DNA from: an uncultured Eubacteriales bacterium
GTDB lineage: Bacteria > Bacillota > Clostridia > Christensenellales > Aristaeellaceae
Reading direction: 5' to 3'
NCBI GenBank assembly: GCA_902790015.1
Contig: CADAQF010000008.1
Location: 13,920-77,919 of the forward strand
Length of the DNA stretch: 64,000 nt
The translations under genes were made by a program, and so were the position numbers. Below are positions 1 to 7,406 of this stretch, in pieces. Each line of letters starts with the position of its first letter. Within the stretch, counting starts at the first letter, position 1. Below the pieces are notes generated by a model, which was given only the letters and a program-made list of their open reading frames with translations, was not told the origin of the DNA and did no database searches.

Positions 1-228
1 CTGATGGACGACGACCCCCGCAAGATCGCCTCCGCGGTGCGGATTGCCCGCAAGTGCATCCGCATCGTCAAGGAAAATATCTGGTTTGCCATCGGGGTCA
101 AGGCGCTGTGTCTTTTGCTGGGCGCGCTGGGCGCGGCCAATATGTGGATGGCGATTTTTGCCGACGTGGGCGTGATGGTGCTGGCTGTTCTGAACGCCGT
201 GCGCATCCTGCTGATCAGAAAGTGGTGA
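1..228 (+). CDS. heavy-metal translocating P-type (P1B) ATPase, C-terminal fragment (5' end outside window)
   Basis: The reading frame is open at the window edge. The tail KIASAVRIARKCIRIVKENIWFAIGVKALCLLLGALG..MWMAIFADVGVMVLAVLNAVR matches the last two TM helices of CadA/ZntA/CopA-type pumps. Confidence 0.8.
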   Translation: MMDDDPRKIASAVRIARKCIRIVKENIWFAIGVKALCLLLGALGAANMWMAIFADVGVMVLAVLNAVRILLIRKW

Positions 229-234
229 CATAAA

Positions 235-609
235 ATGAGCGAACGGTTCGACGCGGGCGTGGAATGCTGCGAGGTGCAGGAGGTGCACGGGGATCTCGTG
301 CGCACCGTGCGGGAAAAGCTGCCGCCCGAAAACGACATGCAGGACCTGGCGGAGCTGTTCAAGCTCTTCGGGGATACCACGCGCGTCCGCATCCTGTTTG
401 TCCTTTTCGAGGTGGAGGTATGCGTGTGCGACCTGGCCGAGACTCTGGGCATGACGCAGAGCGCCATTTCCCACCAGCTGAAGCTGCTGAAGGCCGGCGG
501 CCTGGTCAAATCCCGCCGCCAGGGCAAGAGCGTCTTCTATTCCCTGGGCGACAGCCATGTCCGCACCATCATCGCCCAGGGGTGGGATCATATTACGGAA
601 GATAAATAA
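235..609 (+). CDS. ArsR/SmtB family metalloregulator, CadC-like
   Basis: 124 aa. Winged-helix signature LFKLFGDTTRVRILFVL...VCVCDLAETLGMTQSAISHQLKLLKAGGLV. It has the CVC alpha-3 metal-site cysteines plus an N-terminal CC pair. The ATG lies 7 nt after the ATPase stop. Confidence 0.85.
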   Translation: MSERFDAGVECCEVQEVHGDLVRTVREKLPPENDMQDLAELFKLFGDTTRVRILFVLFEVEVCVCDLAETLGMTQSAISHQLKLLKAGGLVKSRRQGKSVFYSLGDSHVRTIIAQGWDHITEDK

Positions 610-614
610 GATAA

Positions 615-643
615 TTGACAAACTTCGCATCCTGCGGTATCAT
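615..643 (+). promoter_or_regulatory. sigma-A type promoter for the IMPDH-family gene
   Basis: TTGACA (615-620), 17-nt spacer, TATCAT (638-643), about 30 nt upstream of the GGGAGG RBS. Confidence 0.5.
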
Positions 644-675
644 CTTGGAAATCCAGCGAAAGGGAGGAAAGCGCG

Positions 676-2181
676 TTGGCATACTATTATCAGGAGCCCT
701 GTCACACCTTCAACGAATACCTGCTGATCCCCGGATACACAGATGAAAACTGCGTTCCTCAGAACGTGACCCTGAAAGCCGCCCTGACCAAATACCGCAA
801 GGGGCAGGAAAAGCCTGCCATCGAGCTCAATATTCCTCTGGTTTCCGCCATCATGCAGTCCGTTTCGGACGATAAGCTGGCCATCGCGCTGGCCAAGGAG
901 GGCGGGATTTCTTTTATCTACGGCGCGCAGTCCATTGAGGACGAGGCCGCCATGGTGGCCCGGGTGAAGGGCTACAAGGCAGGCTTCGTGGTATCCGCCT
1001 CCAACCTGACGCCGGACGATACCCTGGCTGACGTCCTGGCCCTCAAGGAGAAAAACGGCTTTTCCACCGTGGCCGTCACGGAAGACGGCACGGCCAACGG
1101 CAGGCTTTTGGGTATCGTCACCAGCAGGGACTACCGGGTATCCCGCATGTCCACCGACGAAAAGGTCGCCGATTTCATGACCCCGCTGGACAAGATGGTC
1201 ACCGCCCCGGCGGAAACAACCCTGAAGGAAGCCAACGACATCATCTGGGACCATAAGCTGAACGCCCTCCCCATCGTGGATAAGGACGGCAGGCTCATGT
1301 ACTTCGTTTTCCGCAAGGACTATGCCTCCCATAAGGAAAATCCCCTGGAGCTGCTGGATAAAAACAAGCGCTTCCTGGTCGGCGCCGGCATCAACACCCG
1401 CGACTATGAACAGCGCATCCCGGCGCTGCTTGAGGCCGGGGCGGACGTACTGTGCATCGACTCCTCCGAGGGCTACACCGTCTGGCAGAAGCGCGTCCTT
1501 TCCTGGGTGCGCGAAAAGTACGGCGATTCCGTCAAGATAGGCGCCGGCAACGTCGTCGACCGGGACGGCTTCCTGTTCCTGGCCAGGGCCGGGGCGGACT
1601 TTGTGAAGGTCGGCATCGGCGGCGGCTCCATCTGCATCACGCGGGAGACCAAGGGCATCGGCCGCGGCCAGGCCACGGCGCTGATCGAGGTAGCCCAGGC
1701 GCGGGATGAATACTTCGCCGAAACCGGCATCTATGTGCCTATCTGCTCGGACGGCGGCATCGTCTACGATCATCATATGACCCTGGCCCTGGCCATGGGC
1801 GCGGACTTCCTGATGATGGGCCGCTATTTCGCCCGCTTTGACGAAAGCCCCGGGGCCAAGGTGACCGTCAACGGCGTCTACATGAAGGAATACTGGGGCG
1901 AGGGCAGCAACCGCGCCCGCAACTGGCAGCGCTACGACCTGGACGGCTCCGCCAAGCTGAGCTTCGAGGAAGGGGTCGACAGCTATGTGGTCTACGCCGG
2001 CTCCCTGCACGACAACGTGGAGATCAGCCTTTACAAGGTGAAATCCACCATGTGCAACTGCGGCGTGACCGACCTGGAGGCTCTCCGCAAAAACGCCAGG
2101 ATCACCCTGGTCTCCTCCACCTCCATCGTGGAGGGCGGCTATCACGACGTGACGCTGCGGTCCACCCAGCAGATGAAATAA
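676..2181 (+). CDS. IMP dehydrogenase family protein (with CBS pair)
   Basis: TTG start 8 nt after GGGAGG. 501 aa. N-terminal [11 protein letters not shown], a central CBS-pair region, the catalytic loop [15 protein letters not shown], and C-terminal [12 protein letters not shown]. Confidence 0.85.
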   Translation: MAYYYQEPCHTFNEYLLIPGYTDENCVPQNVTLKAALTKYRKGQEKPAIELNIPLVSAIMQSVSDDKLAIALAKEGGISFIYGAQSIEDEAAMVARVKGYKAGFVVSASNLTPDDTLADVLALKEKNGFSTVAVTEDGTANGRLLGIVTSRDYRVSRMSTDEKVADFMTPLDKMVTAPAETTLKEANDIIWDHKLNALPIVDKDGRLMYFVFRKDYASHKENPLELLDKNKRFLVGAGINTRDYEQRIPALLEAGADVLCIDSSEGYTVWQKRVLSWVREKYGDSVKIGAGNVVDRDGFLFLARAGADFVKVGIGGGSICITRETKGIGRGQATALIEVAQARDEYFAETGIYVPICSDGGIVYDHHMTLALAMGADFLMMGRYFARFDESPGAKVTVNGVYMKEYWGEGSNRARNWQRYDLDGSAKLSFEEGVDSYVVYAGSLHDNVEISLYKVKSTMCNCGVTDLEALRKNARITLVSSTSIVEGGYHDVTLRSTQQMK

Positions 2182-2193
2182 AATGGTATGACG

Positions 2194-2237
2194 CGGTCCA
2201 GCCCCGGGTTTTGCGCCCGGGGCAGGACCGGTTTTTA
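2194..2237 (+). terminator. rho-independent terminator after the IMPDH-family gene
   Basis: CGGTCCaGCCCCGGG / CCCGGGGCaGGACCG stem around loop TTTTGCG, followed by GTTTTTAT. Confidence 0.7.
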
Positions 2238-2238
2238 T

Positions 2239-2270
2239 CCCAGGCTCACGCATGAATGCGTGAGCCTGGG
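2239..2270. repeat. perfect 14-bp inverted repeat (hairpin) directly after the terminator
   Basis: CCCAGGCTCACGCA tgaa TGCGTGAGCCTGGG. No U-tract follows on either strand. Confidence 0.6.
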
Positions 2271-2382
2271 AAGGAGACTATCGTCCCCTTCCCAACCATC
2301 CCCTGAAGCTTTTCCTGTCGCCCTTTCAGGGCTCCCGGGCGGAAAAGTCGCAAGGACCTGTTTTCCTGACGGAAAACCCTTT

Positions 2383-2450
2383 CCAGGGCCTGCCGGCCCG
2401 TTCGTCGGTGAAAACGGTCCACCGGACCGTTTTCCGGGCCCTCCTCACCC
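2383..2450. repeat. 68-nt intergenic structured repeat, copy 1
   Basis: ccagggcctgccggcccgttcgtcggtgaaaacggtccaccggaccgttttccgggccctcctcaccc. Internal 11-bp hairpin GAAAACGGTCC/GGACCGTTTTC, closed by AGGGCC/GGCCCT. Confidence 0.7.
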
Positions 2451-2522
2451 GATACGATTACACACGAGGGTGTTCCCCCTCGTGCTCCCCTTGCCAGGTT
2501 CTTTCCGTCACTGCATCCCAAT

Positions 2523-2590
2523 CCAGGGCCTGCCGGCCCGTTCGTCGGTGAAATCGGCCCACTGGACCGATTTCCGGGCCCTCCTCACCC
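2523..2590. repeat. 68-nt intergenic structured repeat, copy 2
   Basis: Identical to copy 1 at 64 of 68 positions. All 4 differences lie inside the hairpin, and 2 of them form a compensatory pair (A-T to T-A). Confidence 0.7.
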
Positions 2591-2751
2591 CTACGGGTGG
2601 CTGCGCCATCCGCCGAGTAAATCGGCGGACTTTGGGATTCCGTGACTAAAAGAACAGATAGCCGTTTCTCCTCCTCAATTGTGCCATTATTTTCAATCCG
2701 CTCGCTGATTGTTCATTCATGCGTATGCCCTGGGTTTTTAAGTCGTGCCGA

Positions 2752-2781
2752 TTGTCAAGGAGGAGTTCCCTGTGCTATAAT
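2752..2781 (+). promoter_or_regulatory. candidate promoter for mnmG
   Basis: TTGTCA (2752-2757), 18-nt spacer, TGc-TATAAT (2776-2781, extended -10). Confidence 0.5.
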
Positions 2782-2824
2782 CAGGGGCCGCGATCTGACG
2801 CGGCGAAGAGGAGAGAAAAGATCC

Positions 2825-4606
2825 ATGCAGACACAAGTGGTGGTCATCGGCGCGGGGCACGCGGGATGCGAGGCGGCGCTGGCCTGCGCCCGGATGGGCC
2901 TTTCCACCGTGCTTTTGACCCTCAACCTGGAATCCATCGCGCTGATGCCCTGCAACCCGTCCATAGGCGGAACGGGGAAGGGACACCTGGTGCGGGAGGT
3001 GGATGCCCTGGGCGGCGAAATGGGCCTGGCGGCGGACGACGCCCTGATCCAGGGGCGGATGCTCAACACCGGCAAGGGCCCGGCGGTCCGTTCCCTCAGG
3101 GCGCAGGAGGACAAGCGGGCCTACCATCTCAGGATGATGCGGGCCCTTTTTGCGCAGGAGCGTCTGGAGATCATTCAGGCAGAGGCCGATGAGATCCTGA
3201 CGCGGAACGGCAGGGTCGTCGGCGTCAGGACCGATTTCGGCGATGTGATCGAATGCCGGGCGGCGGTGGTCTGCACGGGCGTATATCTCAAAAGCAGAAT
3301 CATCATCGGCTCCGACATATGGGATCAGGGGCCGCAGGGCCTGCTGCCCGCCACCCATCTGTCGGCCTCTTTGCAGAGCCTGGGGCTTACGCTTCGCCGT
3401 TTCAAGACCGGGACGCCCGCCCGGGTGGACGCCCGCAGCATCGACTTTGACAAAATGGAGTTTCAGCCCGGGGACGACCCGGTGACGCCCTTTTCGTTCC
3501 TGACCGCAGAGCCGCCGGTCAATAAGACAGGCTGCTATCTGACCTGGACCAACGAGCATACCCACGACATCATCAGGCAGAACCTGCACCGGGCGCCCAT
3601 GTACTCAGGCCTGATCCATTCCACCGGCGCGCGCTACTGTCCCTCCATCGAGGACAAGGTCACCCGCTTTGCCGACAAGGACCGCCACCAGCTGTTCGTG
3701 GAGCCGGAGGGGCTCAATTATCCGGAATGGTACATCCAGGGCATGTCCACCGGCATGCCCAGGGACGTTCAGATCAGCATGTACCGGACAATCCGGGGGC
3801 TGGAAAGGGCCGTGCTGGTGCGGCTGGCCTACGCCATCGAATACGACTGCATCGATCCTACCGCCCTGACTCCCGCCCTTCAGGTGCGGGATATCGAAGG
3901 CCTGTTCACCGCCGGGCAGATCAACGGCACCTCAGGCTACGAGGAAGCCGCCGCCCAGGGTATCCTGGCCGGCATCAACGCAGGCCAGTATCTGAAAGAG
4001 CAGGCCCCGTTCCTGCTCAAGCGGGACGAGGCCTACCTGGGCGTGATGGCCGACGACCTGACCACCAAGGGCACCGACGAGCCCTACCGGATGATGACCA
4101 GCCGCGCGGAATACCGCCTGTTTCTGCGGCAGGACAACGCCGATCTCCGCCTGACCGAAAGGGCGTGGAAGATCGGGCTGGCCACAGACGAACGGATGCG
4201 CCTGGCAGAACGCAAACAGCGGGAGACCGACGAGCTGGTGCGCCGCATAGGCGAGGCGCATATGGACGCCCGCCTGCGCCGGCCGGAAGAGCATCTGACC
4301 GTTCCGGAGGAATGGGGAGAGTATTTGCCCTCCTCTGTGGAGGAGGCGGAGCTGACCGTCAAATTCGAAGGCTACCTGGAAAAGGAGAAGGCCCGAATAC
4401 GTCAGGCCCGCGTCATGGAAGACCGGGCGCTGCCCCGGGATATCGAGTACGCCGCCATTGACGGCCTGCGCCTGGAGGCCCGCCAGAAGCTGGACAGGCA
4501 AAAGCCCCTGTCGCTGGGGCAGGCCGGACGCATTCCCGGCGTTTCCCCGGCGGATATCGCGGTGCTGACCGTGTGGCTTTACAGAAAGGAACGGGAAAAC
4601 GCATGA
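2825..4606 (+). CDS. mnmG: tRNA uridine 5-carboxymethylaminomethyl modification enzyme MnmG (GidA)
   Basis: Internal ATG at 2825 behind GAGGAGAG. MQTQVVVIGAGHAGCEAALACARMGL FAD fold, then PCNPSIGGTGKGHLVREVDALGG and GQINGTSGYEEAAAQG. The 61 upstream codons of the long ORF look non-coding. Confidence 0.95.
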   Translation: MQTQVVVIGAGHAGCEAALACARMGLSTVLLTLNLESIALMPCNPSIGGTGKGHLVREVDALGGEMGLAADDALIQGRMLNTGKGPAVRSLRAQEDKRAYHLRMMRALFAQERLEIIQAEADEILTRNGRVVGVRTDFGDVIECRAAVVCTGVYLKSRIIIGSDIWDQGPQGLLPATHLSASLQSLGLTLRRFKTGTPARVDARSIDFDKMEFQPGDDPVTPFSFLTAEPPVNKTGCYLTWTNEHTHDIIRQNLHRAPMYSGLIHSTGARYCPSIEDKVTRFADKDRHQLFVEPEGLNYPEWYIQGMSTGMPRDVQISMYRTIRGLERAVLVRLAYAIEYDCIDPTALTPALQVRDIEGLFTAGQINGTSGYEEAAAQGILAGINAGQYLKEQAPFLLKRDEAYLGVMADDLTTKGTDEPYRMMTSRAEYRLFLRQDNADLRLTERAWKIGLATDERMRLAERKQRETDELVRRIGEAHMDARLRRPEEHLTVPEEWGEYLPSSVEEAELTVKFEGYLEKEKARIRQARVMEDRALPRDIEYAAIDGLRLEARQKLDRQKPLSLGQAGRIPGVSPADIAVLTVWLYRKERENA

Positions 4607-6021
4607 ACCGGATAACTGTCGCCGCCCTGGGCCCCGGAAGCCGGGACGACCTGACGCTGGGCGTTCTCTCCGCATTGCGCAGCGCGAAAAGAGTGATCCT
4701 CAGAACGGGGGAGAACGATGCCGCCCGCTATTTAAGCGAAGAAGGCATCGCCTTTGAGACCTTGGATCCGCTGTACGACCAGGCGGAGGACTTTGACGGG
4801 CTGATCGCCCTGTGCGTTTCCCGCCTGGCTGAGGCGGCGGAGCAGGACCCGGTGCTCTACGCCGTTCCGGACCCCGCGCGTGACGAAACGGTGAAGGCCC
4901 TGAGAAATAAGGGCCTGATCGCAGGGGAGATGCCCGGCGTGCCCCTGTCCGCCCCGTACCTGGCGGCGGCCGGCTTTCCGGACGCGCGCCGCTGCGCGGC
5001 CTTTGACCTGCCCGACGCTTTGGGCGACGAGCCGCTGCTCATCGAAGAGCTGGACGACCGCCTTTTGGCTGGCGAGGTGAAGCTGCGTCTGCTTCCGGTC
5101 TTCGGGGAGCGCCAGCCGGTCCTCTTTTTCCCGCCGGAAAAGGAGCATGGCCCAGGGCCTTGTAAGAGCATTCCCTTAGAGGATCTGGACCGGCAGCCCG
5201 CCTACGGCGCTTATGCAGCCGCGCTGATCGTCCCCCGGGGCCTTAAGGACAAGGAACGTTACACCGTGCAGGACCTGGTCAGGGTGATGGACATCCTGCG
5301 GGGCGAAAACGGCTGTCCCTGGGACAGGGCGCAGGATCATCATACCCTGAGGCCGTACCTGATCGAAGAGGCCTATGAAACGGCCGCCGCCATCGATGAG
5401 GAGGACTGGGATCATGTCGCGGAGGAGCTGGGCGACGTGCTGCTGCAGGTCGTCTTTCAGGCAAACATCGGCCGGCAGTACGGCACGATGGACCTGAGCG
5501 ATATTTCGACCGCCATCTGCCGCAAGATGATCGAACGCCACCCCCACATTTTTGCTGGAACCAGGGCCGATACGCCGGAAGCCGTCACCGAAACCTGGGA
5601 GGAGCTCAAGCGAAAAAAGCGCGGGTTCAGCACCGCCGGCGAAGCCATGCGGGACGTTTCCCGCGGCCTTCCGCCGCTGATGCGGGCGGAAAAGGTGCAG
5701 CAGAAAGCGGCGACCGCGCGTTTTGACTTTCCGGACGTTCAGGCCGCGCTCGATAAGGCGGCCGAGGAAATCGGGGAAGTGCGTCAGGCGGTCCAAAACG
5801 GAGGCGATATCGCCGGGGAAATAGGGGATCTGCTGTTTGCCTGCGTGAGCGCGGCCAGGCTTACCGGGGTGGAGGCTGAAACGGCGCTCATGGGAGCCAC
5901 CGAAAAATTCATCGACCGATTCTGCCGGATGGAAACACTGATAAAAAACGATAAAAAAGATCAAAAAAGCTTGACTTTACAGGAAATGGCTGTATACTGG
6001 AACAGTAGCAAACGCGCCTGA
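4603..6021 (+). CDS. mazG: MazG-family NTP pyrophosphohydrolase with N-terminal tetrapyrrole-methylase-like domain (YabN type)
   Basis: ATGA overlap with the mnmG stop. The N-terminus NRITVAALGPGSRDDLT is methylase-like. The C-terminal half has tandem MazG motifs (CPWDRAQDHHTLRPYLIEEAYE...EELGDVLLQV and EEIGEV...GEIGDLLFA). Confidence 0.9.
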   Translation: MNRITVAALGPGSRDDLTLGVLSALRSAKRVILRTGENDAARYLSEEGIAFETLDPLYDQAEDFDGLIALCVSRLAEAAEQDPVLYAVPDPARDETVKALRNKGLIAGEMPGVPLSAPYLAAAGFPDARRCAAFDLPDALGDEPLLIEELDDRLLAGEVKLRLLPVFGERQPVLFFPPEKEHGPGPCKSIPLEDLDRQPAYGAYAAALIVPRGLKDKERYTVQDLVRVMDILRGENGCPWDRAQDHHTLRPYLIEEAYETAAAIDEEDWDHVAEELGDVLLQVVFQANIGRQYGTMDLSDISTAICRKMIERHPHIFAGTRADTPEAVTETWEELKRKKRGFSTAGEAMRDVSRGLPPLMRAEKVQQKAATARFDFPDVQAALDKAAEEIGEVRQAVQNGGDIAGEIGDLLFACVSAARLTGVEAETALMGATEKFIDRFCRMETLIKNDKKDQKSLTLQEMAVYWNSSKRA

Positions 6022-6061
6022 AACCGGGCGCTTGTGCAGCAAATTCAGGAGGTATGATAAT

Positions 6062-6334
6062 ATGAACAAGTCTGAGCTGGTCGAATCCGTCGCCAAGAAG
6101 GCCGGTATCACCAAGGACGCCGCGGCCAAGGCCGTGAACGCTTTTACCGAGACGGTTGCCGAAACCCTGAAGGCCCGCGACAAGATCGTTATCGCTGGCT
6201 TTGGCACCTTCGAAGCGAAGGAACGCGCGGAGCGGATGGCCCATAATCCTTCCACCGGCGCCGAAATGAAGATCGCCGCCACCACCGTGCCCGCTTTCAA
6301 GGCCGGCAAGACCCTCAAGGATGCCGTGAAGTAA
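6062..6334 (+). CDS. hup: DNA-binding protein HU
   Basis: 90 aa. MNKSELVESVAKKAGITKDAAAKAVNAFTETV...GFGTFEAKERAERMAHNPSTGAEMKIAATTVPAFKAGKTLKDAV. RBS AGGAGG upstream. Confidence 0.95.
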   Translation: MNKSELVESVAKKAGITKDAAAKAVNAFTETVAETLKARDKIVIAGFGTFEAKERAERMAHNPSTGAEMKIAATTVPAFKAGKTLKDAVK

Positions 6335-6356
6335 TCGATCCCGGCTCTCAGATAAC

Positions 6357-6387
6357 ACGCAGCGGACCCGTCCGCTGCGTTTTTGTT
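6357..6387 (+). terminator. rho-independent terminator after hup
   Basis: ACGCAGCGGA cccg TCCGCTGCGT followed by TTTTGTT. Confidence 0.8.
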
Positions 6388-6419
6388 AAAAACCCCGGAA
6401 AATCAGCAAAAAACATTTT

Positions 6420-6454
6420 TTGTTCAAGTATTTTTAAATATATTGTGATATACT
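6420..6454 (+). promoter_or_regulatory. candidate extended -10 promoter for the ribozyme-led operon
   Basis: AT-rich block ending in TGa-TATACT (6446-6454). No good -35 at 17 nt (TTGTTC at 6420 is too far away). Confidence 0.35.
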
Positions 6455-6565
6455 CCGTCATGGGCTTTTGCGCCGGGCAGTTTTGTCCGGCGTGAGCAGG
6501 CCAAGACACGGGAATCAGGCACACGAATAAAATCACTTTCTCCCGGGGGAGGTGCCGGGAGAGCG

Positions 6566-6710
6566 TGATAGCGCCGGGACCATCCATGGTCGACGAGGAC
6601 GGCAGTTATCGAAAGATTCGGCGGGTGCTGCCGCGGCCTTCGGGCGGGTCGAGAGGAAAACGGGAAAAAGCGGAATCAACACCGTAACAAAGCGCTTTCC
6701 GCCGCCTGAA
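6566..6710 (+). promoter_or_regulatory. glmS-class self-cleaving ribozyme / GlcN6P riboswitch
   Basis: A|GCGCC at 6570/6571, then GACGAGGACGGCAGUUAUCGAAAGAUUCGGCGGGUGCUGCC (conserved core with GGCAG/CUGCC pairing). The P3/P4 region has ..UCGAGAGG..AACAAAGCGCUUUCC. It lies in the 5' UTR of the 6742 gene. Confidence 0.85.
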
Positions 6711-6741
6711 CGAGAACGAAGCATATAAAAAGGAGCAATTT

Positions 6742-7404
6742 ATGTATACCATCAGGGATTTATATGATCTGGACCATACGCTGGCCAGGGATTATCTGAG
6801 CGGCTTTACCTATCCGTGGGAAGCGCTCAAGGGCATCAAGGAAATGATCCTGGCCCTGGGGCCCACTTTGGGCGACGACTATGAGCAGCGCGAGCCGGGC
6901 GTCTGGGTGCATAAGACCGCCAAAGTTTTCCCCTCCGCCTATCTGGGCGCGCCCTGCATCATCGGGCCGGAAACGGAGGTGCGCCACTGCGCCTTTATCC
7001 GCGGCTCCGCGCTGGTAGGGGCAAACTGCGTGGTGGGCAATTCCGTGGAGCTCAAGAACGTCATCCTCTTTGACAACGTGCAGACCCCGCATTACAACTA
7101 TGTCGGCGATTCCATCCTGGGCTACAAATCCCACATGGGCGCGGGCAGCATCACCAGCAACGTGAAGTCTGACAAAAAGCTCGTCGTCGTGCACAACGGG
7201 GAGGAGCAAATGGAAACCGGCATCAAGAAATTCGGCGCCATGCTGGGCGACTGGGTGGAGGTCGGCTGCAACTCGGTGCTGAACCCGGGCACGGTCATCG
7301 GCCGGCACAGCAACGTCTATCCCACCAGCTGCGTGCGCGGCGTGGTGCCTGAAAACAGCATCTGGAAAAACAACGGGACCATTGTGACCAAGAAGGAGGA
7401 CTGA
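6742..7404 (+). CDS. left-handed beta-helix (hexapeptide) transferase resembling the GlmU C-terminal acetyltransferase domain
   Basis: 220 aa. VELKNVILFDNVQTPHYNYVGDSILGYKSHMGAGSITSNV...GCNSVLNPGTVIG parallels the GlmU LbH domain. No N-terminal nucleotidyltransferase domain. RBS AAAGGAG. Confidence 0.85.
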   Translation: MYTIRDLYDLDHTLARDYLSGFTYPWEALKGIKEMILALGPTLGDDYEQREPGVWVHKTAKVFPSAYLGAPCIIGPETEVRHCAFIRGSALVGANCVVGNSVELKNVILFDNVQTPHYNYVGDSILGYKSHMGAGSITSNVKSDKKLVVVHNGEEQMETGIKKFGAMLGDWVEVGCNSVLNPGTVIGRHSNVYPTSCVRGVVPENSIWKNNGTIVTKKED

Positions 7405-7406
7405 CC

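Noticed and set aside
640-2253. A 537-aa ORF antisense to the IMPDH-family gene. Similar very long antisense ORFs occur at 7317-8879, 22496-23971, 47048-49903, 56619-58226 and 63190-63852.
   Set aside because: The translations are Gly/Ala/Val/His/Arg/Pro-rich low-complexity strings without recognisable motifs or RBS. Each lies opposite a gene with strong family signatures. Stop-poor antisense frames are expected at this GC content.
2383-2590. The possibility that the two 68-nt direct repeats are a minimal CRISPR array.
   Set aside because: There are only two copies, the repeat length (68 nt) is far above CRISPR repeats, there is no cas gene in the window, and the repeats are hairpin-rich REP-like units.
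2188-2649. A 153-aa ORF spanning the repeat-rich gap between the IMPDH-family gene and mnmG.
   Set aside because: It has no RBS and starts inside the terminator. The product is Pro/Gly/Arg-rich, and its apparent internal repeat is just the 68-nt DNA repeat read in frame. It is better explained as non-coding structured DNA or RNA.
2182-2824. Replication origin next to mnmG (gidA).
   Set aside because: There is no dnaA or dnaN nearby. I saw only one poor DnaA-box-like word (TTATCCCAG, 2 mismatches) and no AT-rich unwinding element. Gene order here is not the oriC context.
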